The position numbers and the translations under genes were made by a program. The notes beneath the pieces are model-generated. The model ran no database searches, was not told the DNA's origin, and saw only the letters and a list, made by a program, of their open reading frames with translations. This document shows, in pieces, positions 9,137-18,237 of a stretch of 52,638 nt of DNA (within the stretch, counting starts at the first letter, position 1; each line of letters begins with the position of its first letter). The stretch lies in IMG/VR virus record IMGVR_UViG_3300033155_001652, positions 1 through 52,638 of that record. The stretch is one strand, 5' to 3'. Source of the stretch: a virus. Taxonomy: Duplodnaviria > Caudoviricetes.

Positions 9137-9982
9137 TTACTCGTCATCCCAAGTAGGATCAAAGAGATCCGGCCTTGAATCTATAAATTGCTTAATGGCC
9201 TGAGCAGCTTCATCGGTTCGAGGTAACGCCATAATTTCTACCTCAAACGCATTTTGAAGGTTCTTTAGATGGAACCGCAAACGATTGTTTTCCTTGGGGT
9301 CATTACCCACCATACTCGCAAGGAAATCAGTAGCAATACACGTCAACAGATGTCCTCTTTTGGAGGATTCAGCTATCAGTTCCGCTTTGTTTAGGGCTTC
9401 TTCGACAACTTCTCGCTGTTCCTCATACAACGAGAAGGTTAGCATCTGGGCGTCCCCCTCTTCTTCTACAGAAACGTCAGCAGGTACTGTCACATCCATA
9501 GATGACGTTGTTGTCGTCGCGGTCGTTTTCTTCTTCTTCCCGTCTACGAAAGCTTTATGTGCCTTTGACGTTACCCCGTCTAAGTCCCTATAGGACATTT
9601 TTCGCGCCCTAGATATCCAAGATCGAATCGACGATCTTGTTGCGACCCCGTGTTTACATAGCAATGTTGCCTTTGAGAAGCCAATATCAATAAGGTCTTC
9701 TTGGCTTACACCAAACTCCTTAACTAGAGTGACCCAAACCTTACGTAAACGTTCAGCTTGCTTAACGCTGTCGCCGGTTTCGGTCTCAACATATTCTTTG
9801 AAAGAATCGTAACCCCATTTAAGGTGGTGTTCGCAATGGAACACTATATACAAAGCTTTGCCTTGCGCGAGGTACTCCCGCTCAAGACGTTTTGCTCTTT
9901 CGCGAATCTCTTCACGCAATTCGTCGGGTTTTTTCGGCGTCAAAAAATTTTCTTGATCCGGTAAGTCGTCATCTTCCATCAT
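9137..9982 (-). CDS. Hypothetical protein, probably DNA-binding
   Basis: AAGGAG RBS; YDSFKEYVETETG..AERLRKVW..IGFSKA resembles helical phage DNA-binding domains. Confidence 0.6.
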   Translation of the reverse strand: MMEDDDLPDQENFLTPKKPDELREEIRERAKRLEREYLAQGKALYIVFHCEHHLKWGYDSFKEYVETETGDSVKQAERLRKVWVTLVKEFGVSQEDLIDIGFSKATLLCKHGVATRSSIRSWISRARKMSYRDLDGVTSKAHKAFVDGKKKKTTATTTTSSMDVTVPADVSVEEEGDAQMLTFSLYEEQREVVEEALNKAELIAESSKRGHLLTCIATDFLASMVGNDPKENNRLRFHLKNLQNAFEVEIMALPRTDEAAQAIKQFIDSRPDLFDPTWDDE

Positions 9983-9998
9983 TTACTCCTTCTGAAAT

Positions 9999-10007
9999 GT
10001 TTTACCG
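9999..10007 (-). promoter_or_regulatory. Promoter motif C, one-mismatch copy (CGGTAAAAC)
   Basis: aatgttttaccg versus consensus aatgttataccg; just upstream of the 9982 RBS. Confidence 0.35.
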
Positions 10008-10050
10008 ATAGCTAAGGAGTCTTGGCGACGAAAAATAAAAGATTTTGATT

Positions 10051-10575
10051 TTATGTCTCACAATCCCATGGCATCGCATAACCAATATCACGACACGCCT
10101 TATCAAGCAACCATAGCGCGTCGGCTTCATCATCGGTGCTTGGCTCCCGCCTCATCGTCTTACGAACAGACTCTACCATCATTTCTTTACTGGCGTTACC
10201 CTTACCTGTACCGTGTTTTTTAATTTGTCCTACCCCAACACCGTCATACCCTATATCGTTACGCTCTGCCCATGCCAAAAGATGGGCCAAGAAACCCCCA
10301 TATTGGTGAGCGGCATCAGTACCTAGATGGCGATGGACAGCTTCATAAACGATGTGGTCTGGTCTCGGCAAGGAGTCAAGCTTGGCGGTAAACTTGTTAA
10401 ATCGAACGCCCCATCCTTCTTTGCGCCTCTGCGCCTGGGTTTTGGGCGACAACTTCCAGACGCCCGAAGCGACTGCGCCGTTCTCGAAGTATGCGTAGCC
10501 TGTAGAACCCCCTAAATCAATGGCTAGAATGGTCATAGTCGCCATCGCCGCACCTTCCACATTTGTCTTCGTCAT
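10051..10575 (-). CDS. ruvC: RuvC-like Holliday junction resolvase
   Basis: ILAIDLG..TGYA, IVYE, GQIKKHGTGKGNASKEMM, DDEADAL: RuvC catalytic D/E/D pattern. Confidence 0.85.
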   Translation of the reverse strand: MTKTNVEGAAMATMTILAIDLGGSTGYAYFENGAVASGVWKLSPKTQAQRRKEGWGVRFNKFTAKLDSLPRPDHIVYEAVHRHLGTDAAHQYGGFLAHLLAWAERNDIGYDGVGVGQIKKHGTGKGNASKEMMVESVRKTMRREPSTDDEADALWLLDKACRDIGYAMPWDCET

Positions 10576-10863
10576 GCGCCTGATTGTTCTTCACGATAAC
10601 TCCTATCCCAACGTCTCTCTCATGTGTCACCTATCGCTTTCAGGTCCGACTTGATGGTTTCGATACTCACCATGAATCGCCGCGCTAAATCCTGAATACT
10701 AGGCGGCTCTTCACCATCCATCGCCTTCTTCACGAGAGCTTGTCGCGCCAGCTTACCCGCTGACTTATTACGCCTAAAGTTCGTCTCTCGATACTTGGTA
10801 GTGAGTTTCGGTGTGGGATCAACCCATTGACCTCGCGCCTGATTGTTCTTCACGATGACTCCT
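10576..10863. repeat. 29-bp direct repeat pair (RBS+GTG start) flanking the 77-aa gene
   Basis: gcgcctgattgttcttcacgat(a/g)actcct at 10576-10604 and 10835-10863. Confidence 0.85.
10620..10853 (-). CDS. Small HTH protein
   Basis: AGGAG RBS, GTG start; C-terminal SIQDLARRFMVSIETIKSDL HTH (DeoR/HTH_11-like). Confidence 0.7.
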   Translation of the reverse strand: MKNNQARGQWVDPTPKLTTKYRETNFRRNKSAGKLARQALVKKAMDGEEPPSIQDLARRFMVSIETIKSDLKAIGDT

Positions 10864-10887
10864 CTAAAAGATAAGGTGTATGCACGG

Positions 10888-11850
10888 CTAGACCTCCAAA
10901 GACTCTATGGCGAAGCACTCGTCTTTCACAGGACAGCCCTTAGCAAGCTCGCACTTCTTAGAAGAGCAGGATCTTGGATAATTCTCAATAATCTCTACCG
11001 AATCGTTTTTAAGATCGTTGATCGCCTTATGGTGGTAGTAAACCATGCGCTCAACTCTACCCCAAATATCATCGTCCCAAGGAACCCTGAAACACTTTGC
11101 TGTTGCGCCTGTACACTTCCAAACACCGCCCGGTCTTCTCCAACTTGCAAGCTTCCCTTTTTGAATGTAAACAATAAAAGCCTCTTTTAGCTTTAGCCCT
11201 TTCATATAAGCATGGGCCTGAATAACATGAGCTGGGTCTGGAAAGTGTATGCCTCGAAACTGCGCTATACTTTTGGTCTTAAGCTCAAAGACTCTGTCCT
11301 CCCCCCTCCACTCAACAATCCCATCGCAAGAGCCTGTAACCTTAACGCTCTTTATATAAACACCAACCTCTTCATATCTAAATTCGGCTTCACCGCATGA
11401 TGGACAAGATGTTGGCCGCTCTATTATCTCGGCTGTCGTTTTATGTTTACAGGCCACACAAGACCAGTGACCTTTAAGTCTGCCCCAGTTAGCGAGATAA
11501 TTATCCTGCCAAAGTTGATGCAGTACATGACCTTCATCTGTCGTCTGCAATCCCCCTGCGGTAAACTCCCTCGGCACCGACTCGATGGTGTTATTTGCGC
11601 AGAGTATTTCACGCCTGCCGCACGTCTGCCAAAGCGAAGACGCATGAAGACCGCCCGTCCTGGTCTTAACAATATCTGGATGACCTGACGCCATCCAATC
11701 ATAAAGATCAGCTAAAAACTCGTCTCCTAAAACATCTTTCAAAGGTGTTTTACTCCTAATTGTCTTCTTAGGAGTTACGGGTTTTTTCTTAGGCTCATCG
11801 TGGCCCAACAGGTCCACCAAAGATGTTTTCTTATTCGGCTCAAATGCCAT
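10888..11850 (-). CDS. Cas4/AddB-like PD-(D/E)xK exonuclease
   Basis: LHASSL..CGR, GHVLH, E..TGSCDG..FELKT, Q..AY and C-terminal C..C...CP...C (Fe-S staple); start at MAFEP 11850. Confidence 0.8.
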   Translation of the reverse strand: MAFEPNKKTSLVDLLGHDEPKKKPVTPKKTIRSKTPLKDVLGDEFLADLYDWMASGHPDIVKTRTGGLHASSLWQTCGRREILCANNTIESVPREFTAGGLQTTDEGHVLHQLWQDNYLANWGRLKGHWSCVACKHKTTAEIIERPTSCPSCGEAEFRYEEVGVYIKSVKVTGSCDGIVEWRGEDRVFELKTKSIAQFRGIHFPDPAHVIQAHAYMKGLKLKEAFIVYIQKGKLASWRRPGGVWKCTGATAKCFRVPWDDDIWGRVERMVYYHHKAINDLKNDSVEIIENYPRSCSSKKCELAKGCPVKDECFAIESLEV

Positions 11851-12886
11851 AGTTGTGACACCTACATATGTAAAGTAACTCTTTATGATCCGAAATGATG
11901 CCCCGCCCTGCGCTGAAGTGTTTATAGTCCTTTGAGAACACTTTAACTTCACCTTTAGCTTCCAGGCACCCTACAATTTCTTCTTCTGATATCTTGGCAT
12001 TTGCAGTTCTGGAACCTTTACTGCCCATATTGTTATATGAAGTAACTATATACCGCGCATTGATTGACTCTATTAAATCTTCAAATATAGCTGGTGCTTT
12101 TTTTGTGCAGTACAAGCTTCTCAAATGCTCTCTATCTCTCATCTTCTTAGTTATACCAATTAGTTCTGGTTTTTGCCAGCAAGCAATATTTTCTAATAAA
12201 TGATATAGAGAACCATACTGGCGAGAATTGTATGGTGGGTCCAAATAAACAACGTCGCATTGGATTTCTTTTGCCAAGACATTCGCGTCTTTATTAAAGA
12301 TCTTGTTATTACTATTCTTACTGTTATCAATAACAGGAACCTTCATCTTTAACGGCTCAGAGGAGTCCAAAACCTTTCGGTAGGCGTCGAAGTGGCCGCA
12401 TGTGTTAGCACTCTTGTCGATGGCATAGATCAAGGAAGTAACAAGGATCGCGTATTCTCTAAAGCCAACAGTATTAGCTATATAAAGTCCTTCGATATGC
12501 TCTCTTATGCCGCCGATAGTAAATGCGTTGTCAAGAGTAAAATAGCTATCCGCAAAGTTTTCCGAGACATAGTTTGGTTCTCGGAATGTTTTACTGTTTA
12601 GTTCTGAGATTATGTCCTTAATTATTTCAATTCTATAAGGTTTATCAGAAAACCATGTTACGTAAACTAAATAGTTCGAGTAGAGAAGATCGTTTATGTA
12701 TAGGGGTCGGTCTTTGGTGTTGAACTGATGGGCGACTGCGCCGGTCCCGGCGAATAGGTCGCAGAAAGATTTTATAGCACCGCACTCAAGTTTTATTTGA
12801 AAATCAATGAAGCGCAACAACTTAGATTTATTTCCAAGATATCTTCTGTTACCTATTACAACCGAATTGTCGTCAGTCTCTGTCAT
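11840..12886 (-). CDS. DNA adenine methyltransferase (D12/Dam-FokI-like, alpha group)
   Basis: NRRYLGNK, DLFAGTG (motif I), VVYLDPPY (motif IV). Confidence 0.9.
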   Translation of the reverse strand: MTETDDNSVVIGNRRYLGNKSKLLRFIDFQIKLECGAIKSFCDLFAGTGAVAHQFNTKDRPLYINDLLYSNYLVYVTWFSDKPYRIEIIKDIISELNSKTFREPNYVSENFADSYFTLDNAFTIGGIREHIEGLYIANTVGFREYAILVTSLIYAIDKSANTCGHFDAYRKVLDSSEPLKMKVPVIDNSKNSNNKIFNKDANVLAKEIQCDVVYLDPPYNSRQYGSLYHLLENIACWQKPELIGITKKMRDREHLRSLYCTKKAPAIFEDLIESINARYIVTSYNNMGSKGSRTANAKISEEEIVGCLEAKGEVKVFSKDYKHFSAGRGIISDHKELLYICRCHNYGI

Positions 12887-15177
12887 GCAATACTACAAGA
12901 TCCCCCTCCGCAGGCCACTTCGCCTTGGGGTTGGGTTGTATCTTCTTCCTCGTGCATTTTAGTCCAATCAACACGGCGATAGCCATTAATCAATCTATTC
13001 CATTTAATCTCGTCTTCCGGTGTCACAACCTCCTCACGAGGCGCAAAGGGGAAATTCTTATCAAGAGTAAAAGGAACAAAAGTCATGGCCGCAATCCGGT
13101 GTCTATTCTTCCATACCTCTTCAATTACGTCTTCCACCTCGTCGTCACGAACAGTAACCGAGCAAGAGACGTTATGAGTAGCCCCTGGCGACATAGAAGG
13201 ATCAGCGGTGCCGGGAACAATCCAATTAGTATAGGTAGAAAAGACTCTGCTAAGGAAATGCAGCGCCGGTTCTTCCTTAACAGTAACCGCTTCTTTTGGT
13301 GCTTCTATCGGGAAAACAATAGACCAATCCCCGTTGGGTTTTACCTCAACCATATGAGGGTTTTTATCACGAAAATAAACAGCCGGAGCCTCAAACTTGT
13401 TCGCTGTTATTCGCCTAAAGTAACGTCGTGCATGATGAGGATGGATGCCCGATCCTACGACACCCAGGACAACCGAAGCCGTCCCTGATGGCTTTATTGT
13501 TGTCACACGCGCTGCTGGACGAATATTGACAAGGGCAGCATATTGACGATTTGTCTCGACAGCTACCTGGGCTGCTTTTTTCTGCGCTAAAGGATCGAAT
13601 GCAAGACGTGGGTTATCGGCCATGCCCGTCATACTAACACCAAGAAGAGCTTCCCGGCGCTGTACTGCCTCGGACACTTCACCGAGATAAGGAAATTTGT
13701 TATACGCTGCCTGTAACGTTCCGATAAAAGCGGCAGCACGAGCGGAAGCAAAATACTCCTCTTCGTTTTCAATACGAGCCATATTGATTTCTGTCAAATT
13801 ACAGAACGAAACCCCGGTTAGCTTATCACCATTAGTCTTAGGATAAGATCCCATTACTTCACGATACTGTTCCTGGGTAATTGTTGGATTCAAGCTAATT
13901 TCGCCGCATGGATTGCATCCATAATCGGGGTTATCTGTAAACAGAAAGCCGGGGTCGCCATAAGATTTTTGCGATAGTCTCATCAGCCTCATGAAAGGTC
14001 TTTTGGTGATCTTCCTGCGCAAAAATACAGCAGAGTTATTAGCCATCTGCCGGTGATCATTAAGACCAGGATCGTTAGGGCCGGTCGATGGACGGAAATT
14101 ATCAGAAGCTTTCGCCCGCATCATTTCCCCGTCGTCAGCGGAGAACAAGGAAATAAGGGAAGACCTGCGAATACCCCCAGCTAACACAGCCAACGCTGTA
14201 AAGCACATAATATCGTGGCACTCAATAGGCCGCAGCTTACGACCCTTCGCGTTTGTAAGTAGTGATCGAACATTCTCAAGGCATTCGCGAAGAGGTAAAT
14301 GCCCCGGAGCTTTTCCGCCTGAAGAAATGAAAGAACCCTCCCCACGAATATTAGAATAATCAAACTCAACCCAATACCCTTCAACATGAGATTGTATAAG
14401 CTCACCAAGGGAATCGCCCCAACCCTCTATAGAATCGTGGACAGTGTAGTGCTTGACTCTCTTTGAATCTATTCTTTTCATCTCAGGCAATTTATTTACA
14501 TGTTGCCATTGAACACTGAAACCAACACCGCAACCGCAAAGCAATAAATAGAACACTTCTTGAAAGGTGCGAATACGATCAATAAGAGTAAAACAGCAGT
14601 TGTAAAGTCTAGCATTATGCTGGTCAACTGGTGGGCCTGCAAATTGCATCGATCTCATACTAGGCAAGACCTTGCGATCATAAACAAACTTAAACGCAAT
14701 GTTAATATCTTCTTCAAGGTAAGGGAAACGTGCTAGATGCATATCACGCACTCTTGTCACAGTCTCCTCGTATGTCTCTCGGCGTCCTTCTTCGGCGTTA
14801 TAGCGAGCATACTTAGCGGAGTGTATGTAATTCGCCATAGCAATGTTATCAGGCACTAAACGATCTTCCCTGGCTTGCTCGCGAGTTTGACGATACCGAA
14901 TATAAGAACGCGCCGCCTCGTTAAACCCATTATCCATAAGAGTATTTTCAACAACGTCTTGGACGACTTCAATGTCAACGGACCCACTGTTATCTGGTTC
15001 TAATTTCTCCACCACTTTTTCAGCAAGCATTTGTAAATCGGGCATCTCTATAAAGTTATGAATGTCAAGGAAAGAACAACCCATCGCTTTCTTTATTTTA
15101 CGTATATCAAATTTCTGTAAATCACTGCTTCTTTTGCGAATAAACAACACTACATCGCTCCTTACCTTTGTTTGCAT
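12883..15177 (-). CDS. nrdJ: Class II (adenosylcobalamin-dependent) ribonucleotide reductase with N-terminal ATP-cone
   Basis: ATP-cone IRKRSSDLQKFDIRKI; PSMRSMQFAG, YNCCF, GGIRRSS, NPCGEI, FCNLTE, TTIKPSGT, C-terminal ACGGGSC; no beta-subunit gene nearby. Confidence 0.9.
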   Translation of the reverse strand: MQTKVRSDVVLFIRKRSSDLQKFDIRKIKKAMGCSFLDIHNFIEMPDLQMLAEKVVEKLEPDNSGSVDIEVVQDVVENTLMDNGFNEAARSYIRYRQTREQAREDRLVPDNIAMANYIHSAKYARYNAEEGRRETYEETVTRVRDMHLARFPYLEEDINIAFKFVYDRKVLPSMRSMQFAGPPVDQHNARLYNCCFTLIDRIRTFQEVFYLLLCGCGVGFSVQWQHVNKLPEMKRIDSKRVKHYTVHDSIEGWGDSLGELIQSHVEGYWVEFDYSNIRGEGSFISSGGKAPGHLPLRECLENVRSLLTNAKGRKLRPIECHDIMCFTALAVLAGGIRRSSLISLFSADDGEMMRAKASDNFRPSTGPNDPGLNDHRQMANNSAVFLRRKITKRPFMRLMRLSQKSYGDPGFLFTDNPDYGCNPCGEISLNPTITQEQYREVMGSYPKTNGDKLTGVSFCNLTEINMARIENEEEYFASARAAAFIGTLQAAYNKFPYLGEVSEAVQRREALLGVSMTGMADNPRLAFDPLAQKKAAQVAVETNRQYAALVNIRPAARVTTIKPSGTASVVLGVVGSGIHPHHARRYFRRITANKFEAPAVYFRDKNPHMVEVKPNGDWSIVFPIEAPKEAVTVKEEPALHFLSRVFSTYTNWIVPGTADPSMSPGATHNVSCSVTVRDDEVEDVIEEVWKNRHRIAAMTFVPFTLDKNFPFAPREEVVTPEDEIKWNRLINGYRRVDWTKMHEEEDTTQPQGEVACGGGSCSIA

Positions 15178-15227
15178 TGATTCCTCCTTATGCTAGTAAG
15201 AACTAAGAAGCGCCTATTATAAACACT

Positions 15228-15617
15228 TTATTTCTGGTTTTGCGAGCCTACGGTAAACCATATTGTCGCATTTCTTCCGGTGACCTGACATTCCCTTGGC
15301 CCCCCTCTTGTCACAAGACCTTCTTTTTCCAATTCTGGAAGTCTCCTGCCTATTTTATTTGCAGTCTTGCCGGGATTATTAGAAACAAATCCAAGCGCCC
15401 TCAATTGACTACCCCTACGCTTTGGTGCAAAATAAACAGCCGCCTCTGCTGACGTTGAGGGATGGCACTTACGGGCCATCGTCTTAGAAACAGCGTCAAC
15501 AATAATTTTGTAGCTTATCGTTGTCTCGCAATCCTTGCATCGTAGACCAACACCACGCTCAATAGCAATAGAAACGGCACCTGAGTCCACCCCGCGCCCG
15601 CAACCTGGACATTTCAT
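15228..15617 (-). CDS. Zn-finger plus winged-HTH protein
   Basis: CPGC..CKDC, then RRLPELEKEGLV..CQVTGRNATIW; GGAGG RBS before MKCPGC. Confidence 0.6.
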   Translation of the reverse strand: MKCPGCGRGVDSGAVSIAIERGVGLRCKDCETTISYKIIVDAVSKTMARKCHPSTSAEAAVYFAPKRRGSQLRALGFVSNNPGKTANKIGRRLPELEKEGLVTRGGPRECQVTGRNATIWFTVGSQNQK

Positions 15618-15641
15618 AACAACCTCCTGCATAGTTAATAA

Positions 15642-15657
15642 CTATAATGTTATACCG
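15642..15657 (-). promoter_or_regulatory. Promoter motif C (CGGTATAACATTATAG)
   Basis: 16 bp identical to 23930-23945; intergenic, upstream of RBS. Confidence 0.6.
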
Positions 15658-15693
15658 AGGAGGAAGATGATATGAGGATGAATTCTCACAAGA

Positions 15694-16281
15694 TTATTCA
15701 AGAATCATAGCTTCTTTAGGAGGGGCAGATACCTGAAAGATAAATCGGTTTCTTTTGATAATTAAGCAGCCAGAAGCAGGCTGGACCCAATATCTTGTAT
15801 TCCTAAACCACTTAGTACGACTCCTGCACCATCGAAGAGCCGTCGCGGTCGAATCTTCAAGGTCAATAACAAAATCGCTGCAAATGTCCTCGTTGAAGTC
15901 AATGATGTCTTCGCCTAGATAATTAAGATTATAATATCCACCAGCAATCCTTAAAGCCAACTGGTTATCGAAAACGCGCCAAGACAACTTATCAAGATCC
16001 TTTTCTGATTCTGTCAGCGACATAAAATACTCATCCACACTTCGCAGAGTCAAAGACAACGGCAACGGCTTAATGGTGATAGTATCCTTTTTTTCTATTT
16101 CTAATAATAAAACTCGTTGAGTCAGATTATTAATAAGTTCCCTATGCTCCTCATTCCTAATACTTAAAGAGGCGGCATAGCGATTGACATTGCACTCTAA
16201 TTTACTAAAGCGCCCATCAACAGCCGAAGAAATATCTTCCGAATTTTCACAATCAGTATCGTCGTCTTCTGTACAACTCAT
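15694..16281 (-). CDS. Hypothetical protein
   Basis: 195-aa ORF with ATGA overlap. Confidence 0.6.
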   Translation of the reverse strand: MSCTEDDDTDCENSEDISSAVDGRFSKLECNVNRYAASLSIRNEEHRELINNLTQRVLLLEIEKKDTITIKPLPLSLTLRSVDEYFMSLTESEKDLDKLSWRVFDNQLALRIAGGYYNLNYLGEDIIDFNEDICSDFVIDLEDSTATALRWCRSRTKWFRNTRYWVQPASGCLIIKRNRFIFQVSAPPKEAMILE

Positions 16282-16661
16282 TTGATACCCTCAACAATCT
16301 TATCGAAATCGTCTGCTGGTATCAAAACCCAATCTTTAGGTACCGGCGGCGATTGACCCTCAAAGCATATCTCCATGATAGGCGTCAATCCCGAAGTAAG
16401 AGCTTGTTCTACGATTTTAATTAGCTCAGAGGATTTTATGAACCGCCCGCCTCCCCTGGTAGTCTTGGCTTCGCGCAAGAATTTAATATCTCTAAGATCG
16501 GCAGGGCGACCTGGTTTTGAGCCAGACCCTCTCACACGTTTAGCGCCTGTACGCTTTGCTATCCTCTTCTCGTGAGATGCACCACGGCGACCTGTCGTCA
16601 TCGCTTTGTCAAAATTCGGTTCGGCACGACGGCGCGGTCGATTGAAGTCAGGACCAGACAC
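16278..16661 (-). CDS. Hjc-like PD-(D/E)xK endonuclease / putative resolvase
   Basis: G..HEKRIAK..RVRGSGS..PADL..FLREAKT. Confidence 0.65.
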   Translation of the reverse strand: MSGPDFNRPRRRAEPNFDKAMTTGRRGASHEKRIAKRTGAKRVRGSGSKPGRPADLRDIKFLREAKTTRGGGRFIKSSELIKIVEQALTSGLTPIMEICFEGQSPPVPKDWVLIPADDFDKIVEGIK

Positions 16662-16662
16662 C

Positions 16663-16905
16663 TCAACCCTCTCTTAAAACAGTTACAGTCGCATTGCTCG
16701 ACTCAGTCCAATTATAAATCGTCACGTCGTTGGGGTTTCGCCATGCAACCACGCCCCCAAAACCTGGGGGGGATAAGTTCTCAGGTATCACCCAATGGCA
16801 TTGACGCTCAAACGCCTGCGTTATCGTAACACCATGCGGCCTAGTCTTCGTATAAACAACAGCGCCCACCGCTATCAACATCGTGTCAAATACCCTTACC
16901 GCCAT
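16663..16905 (-). CDS. Hypothetical protein
   Basis: Start at MAVRVF (AGGTGG RBS); the upstream extension runs through a repeat. Confidence 0.55.
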   Translation of the reverse strand: MAVRVFDTMLIAVGAVVYTKTRPHGVTITQAFERQCHWVIPENLSPPGFGGVVAWRNPNDVTIYNWTESSNATVTVLREG

Positions 16906-16960
16906 AAACCCACCTAACTTGAAATATAATATCCCAAATAAATATAATAGCTGAAAAGCT

Positions 16961-17010
16961 CCATACCAAGCCGCTCCAAACCACGCCATGCCATGCCGCA
17001 CCAAACCCTA
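16961..17010 (-). repeat. 5-bp periodic array, 10 units (GGY-NN on minus strand); candidate small RNA
   Basis: Plus strand ccata ccaag ccgct ccaaa ccacg ccatg ccatg ccgca ccaaa cccta. Confidence 0.85.
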
Positions 17011-17013
17011 AAA

Positions 17014-18237
17014 TTAACTTCTACAAAGCTCACGAATGAAAACGTCCCAGAGCTTTTGTTGAGCTTTGTCGTCGTTTCTAAAATTCTGCATAACATCGTC
17101 GTTTATGCGTCCATTGCAAAACTCTGTTTCTCTTTCTTCGTCGTTCTGCGCCCACCCTTCGGGTATTTTCAAGCAGCGGCCTTCTTTACCTGTTGTGAGA
17201 AGCCCATACCTCTTTGCATACATCCACATCGAAGCAGCATTATCTGGATCACCTTTTCGCCGTCCGTGCGTGTTTTTAAGCCAGTACCGATAGGTACCCG
17301 AACGTCCGGGTGGGCAACATGAAGACGTTGTCACCCTATAATCAACCTCTTGATAATCGGGTGTAGCGTCTAGCTTCTTGGCACCTTCCATATCGCTTTT
17401 TTTAAGGTCTGTAAATGTCCCGTCAGACTTCACTGACCGAAATCTCCATTTGCTTTTAGAAGACGAAAACCGAATATCCAAGCTGGTTGCAAAGTTTTGT
17501 CCTTTCCCTCCAGGTAAAGTTTCCGGTATGTATTGACTAAGAGTACCACGAATTTGATTGATAATTATTATCGTAGGCACTTTATTAACGTCTTCAAAGC
17601 CCCTTTGGGAAAGAGCTATAACCCATTTCCTCATAGCTTTATTAACAAGCTTTGCCGAACGCCCTGGCAATTCACCATCTTCTGTTGGTTTTTCAATCTC
17701 AGCACGAGACACCATATGAGCAATAGAGTCAACAATAACAAGGCCAATACCTTGACGAATAGCCATATCAACTAGGTCAATAACCTCATTACCAGAATCA
17801 GGTCGTTGAAATAACACAGCCGACATATCAATGCCATGATCCGTCATCCAATCAATCATTAAAGAATCAGCTAGTTTATTTTCTAAGTCAGCAATAAGCG
17901 TTCCTGCTGGTCGTCTATGACTGCATTTACACGGCCCTCTTGCAAAACAATAGGCGCAGTGTTTTTGCCATGCAGTAATTGTATTTAAGCAAGATCCCGA
18001 TTTTGTTGATCGAGGCGTGCCCCATGCCCTTGATATACGTCCACGGGGCCATCCGCCGAAGGTGGCAATGTCGAGAGCGAAGTTCCCAGTGCTTATCCTT
18101 GGATATTCCCGTGAAGGCATATCTGAAGCCCTGATAATAGATTTGGTCCATCGTTTTTCAGCTTGCAATTGAAATAACTGCAACGGATCAGGCGGAACAG
18201 ATACCTTCGCAGCAACTTTTTTAGTTTTCTTCGCCAT
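17014..18237 (-). CDS. recA: RecA/UvsX-like recombinase
   Basis: ISTGNFALDIATFGGWPRGRI, variant Walker A GTPRSTKS, LVIVDSIA, IIINQIR, PGGKGQNFATSLDI. Confidence 0.85.
   Translation of the reverse strand: MAKKTKKVAAKVSVPPDPLQLFQLQAEKRWTKSIIRASDMPSREYPRISTGNFALDIATFGGWPRGRISRAWGTPRSTKSGSCLNTITAWQKHCAYCFARGPCKCSHRRPAGTLIADLENKLADSLMIDWMTDHGIDMSAVLFQRPDSGNEVIDLVDMAIRQGIGLVIVDSIAHMVSRAEIEKPTEDGELPGRSAKLVNKAMRKWVIALSQRGFEDVNKVPTIIIINQIRGTLSQYIPETLPGGKGQNFATSLDIRFSSSKSKWRFRSVKSDGTFTDLKKSDMEGAKKLDATPDYQEVDYRVTTSSCCPPGRSGTYRYWLKNTHGRRKGDPDNAASMWMYAKRYGLLTTGKEGRCLKIPEGWAQNDEERETEFCNGRINDDVMQNFRNDDKAQQKLWDVFIRELCRS

Noticed and set aside
16906-17004. N-terminal extension MVRHGMAWFGAAWYG of the 16663 ORF
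   Set aside because: It is a translation of the 5-bp periodic repeat; a better RBS precedes ATG 16905
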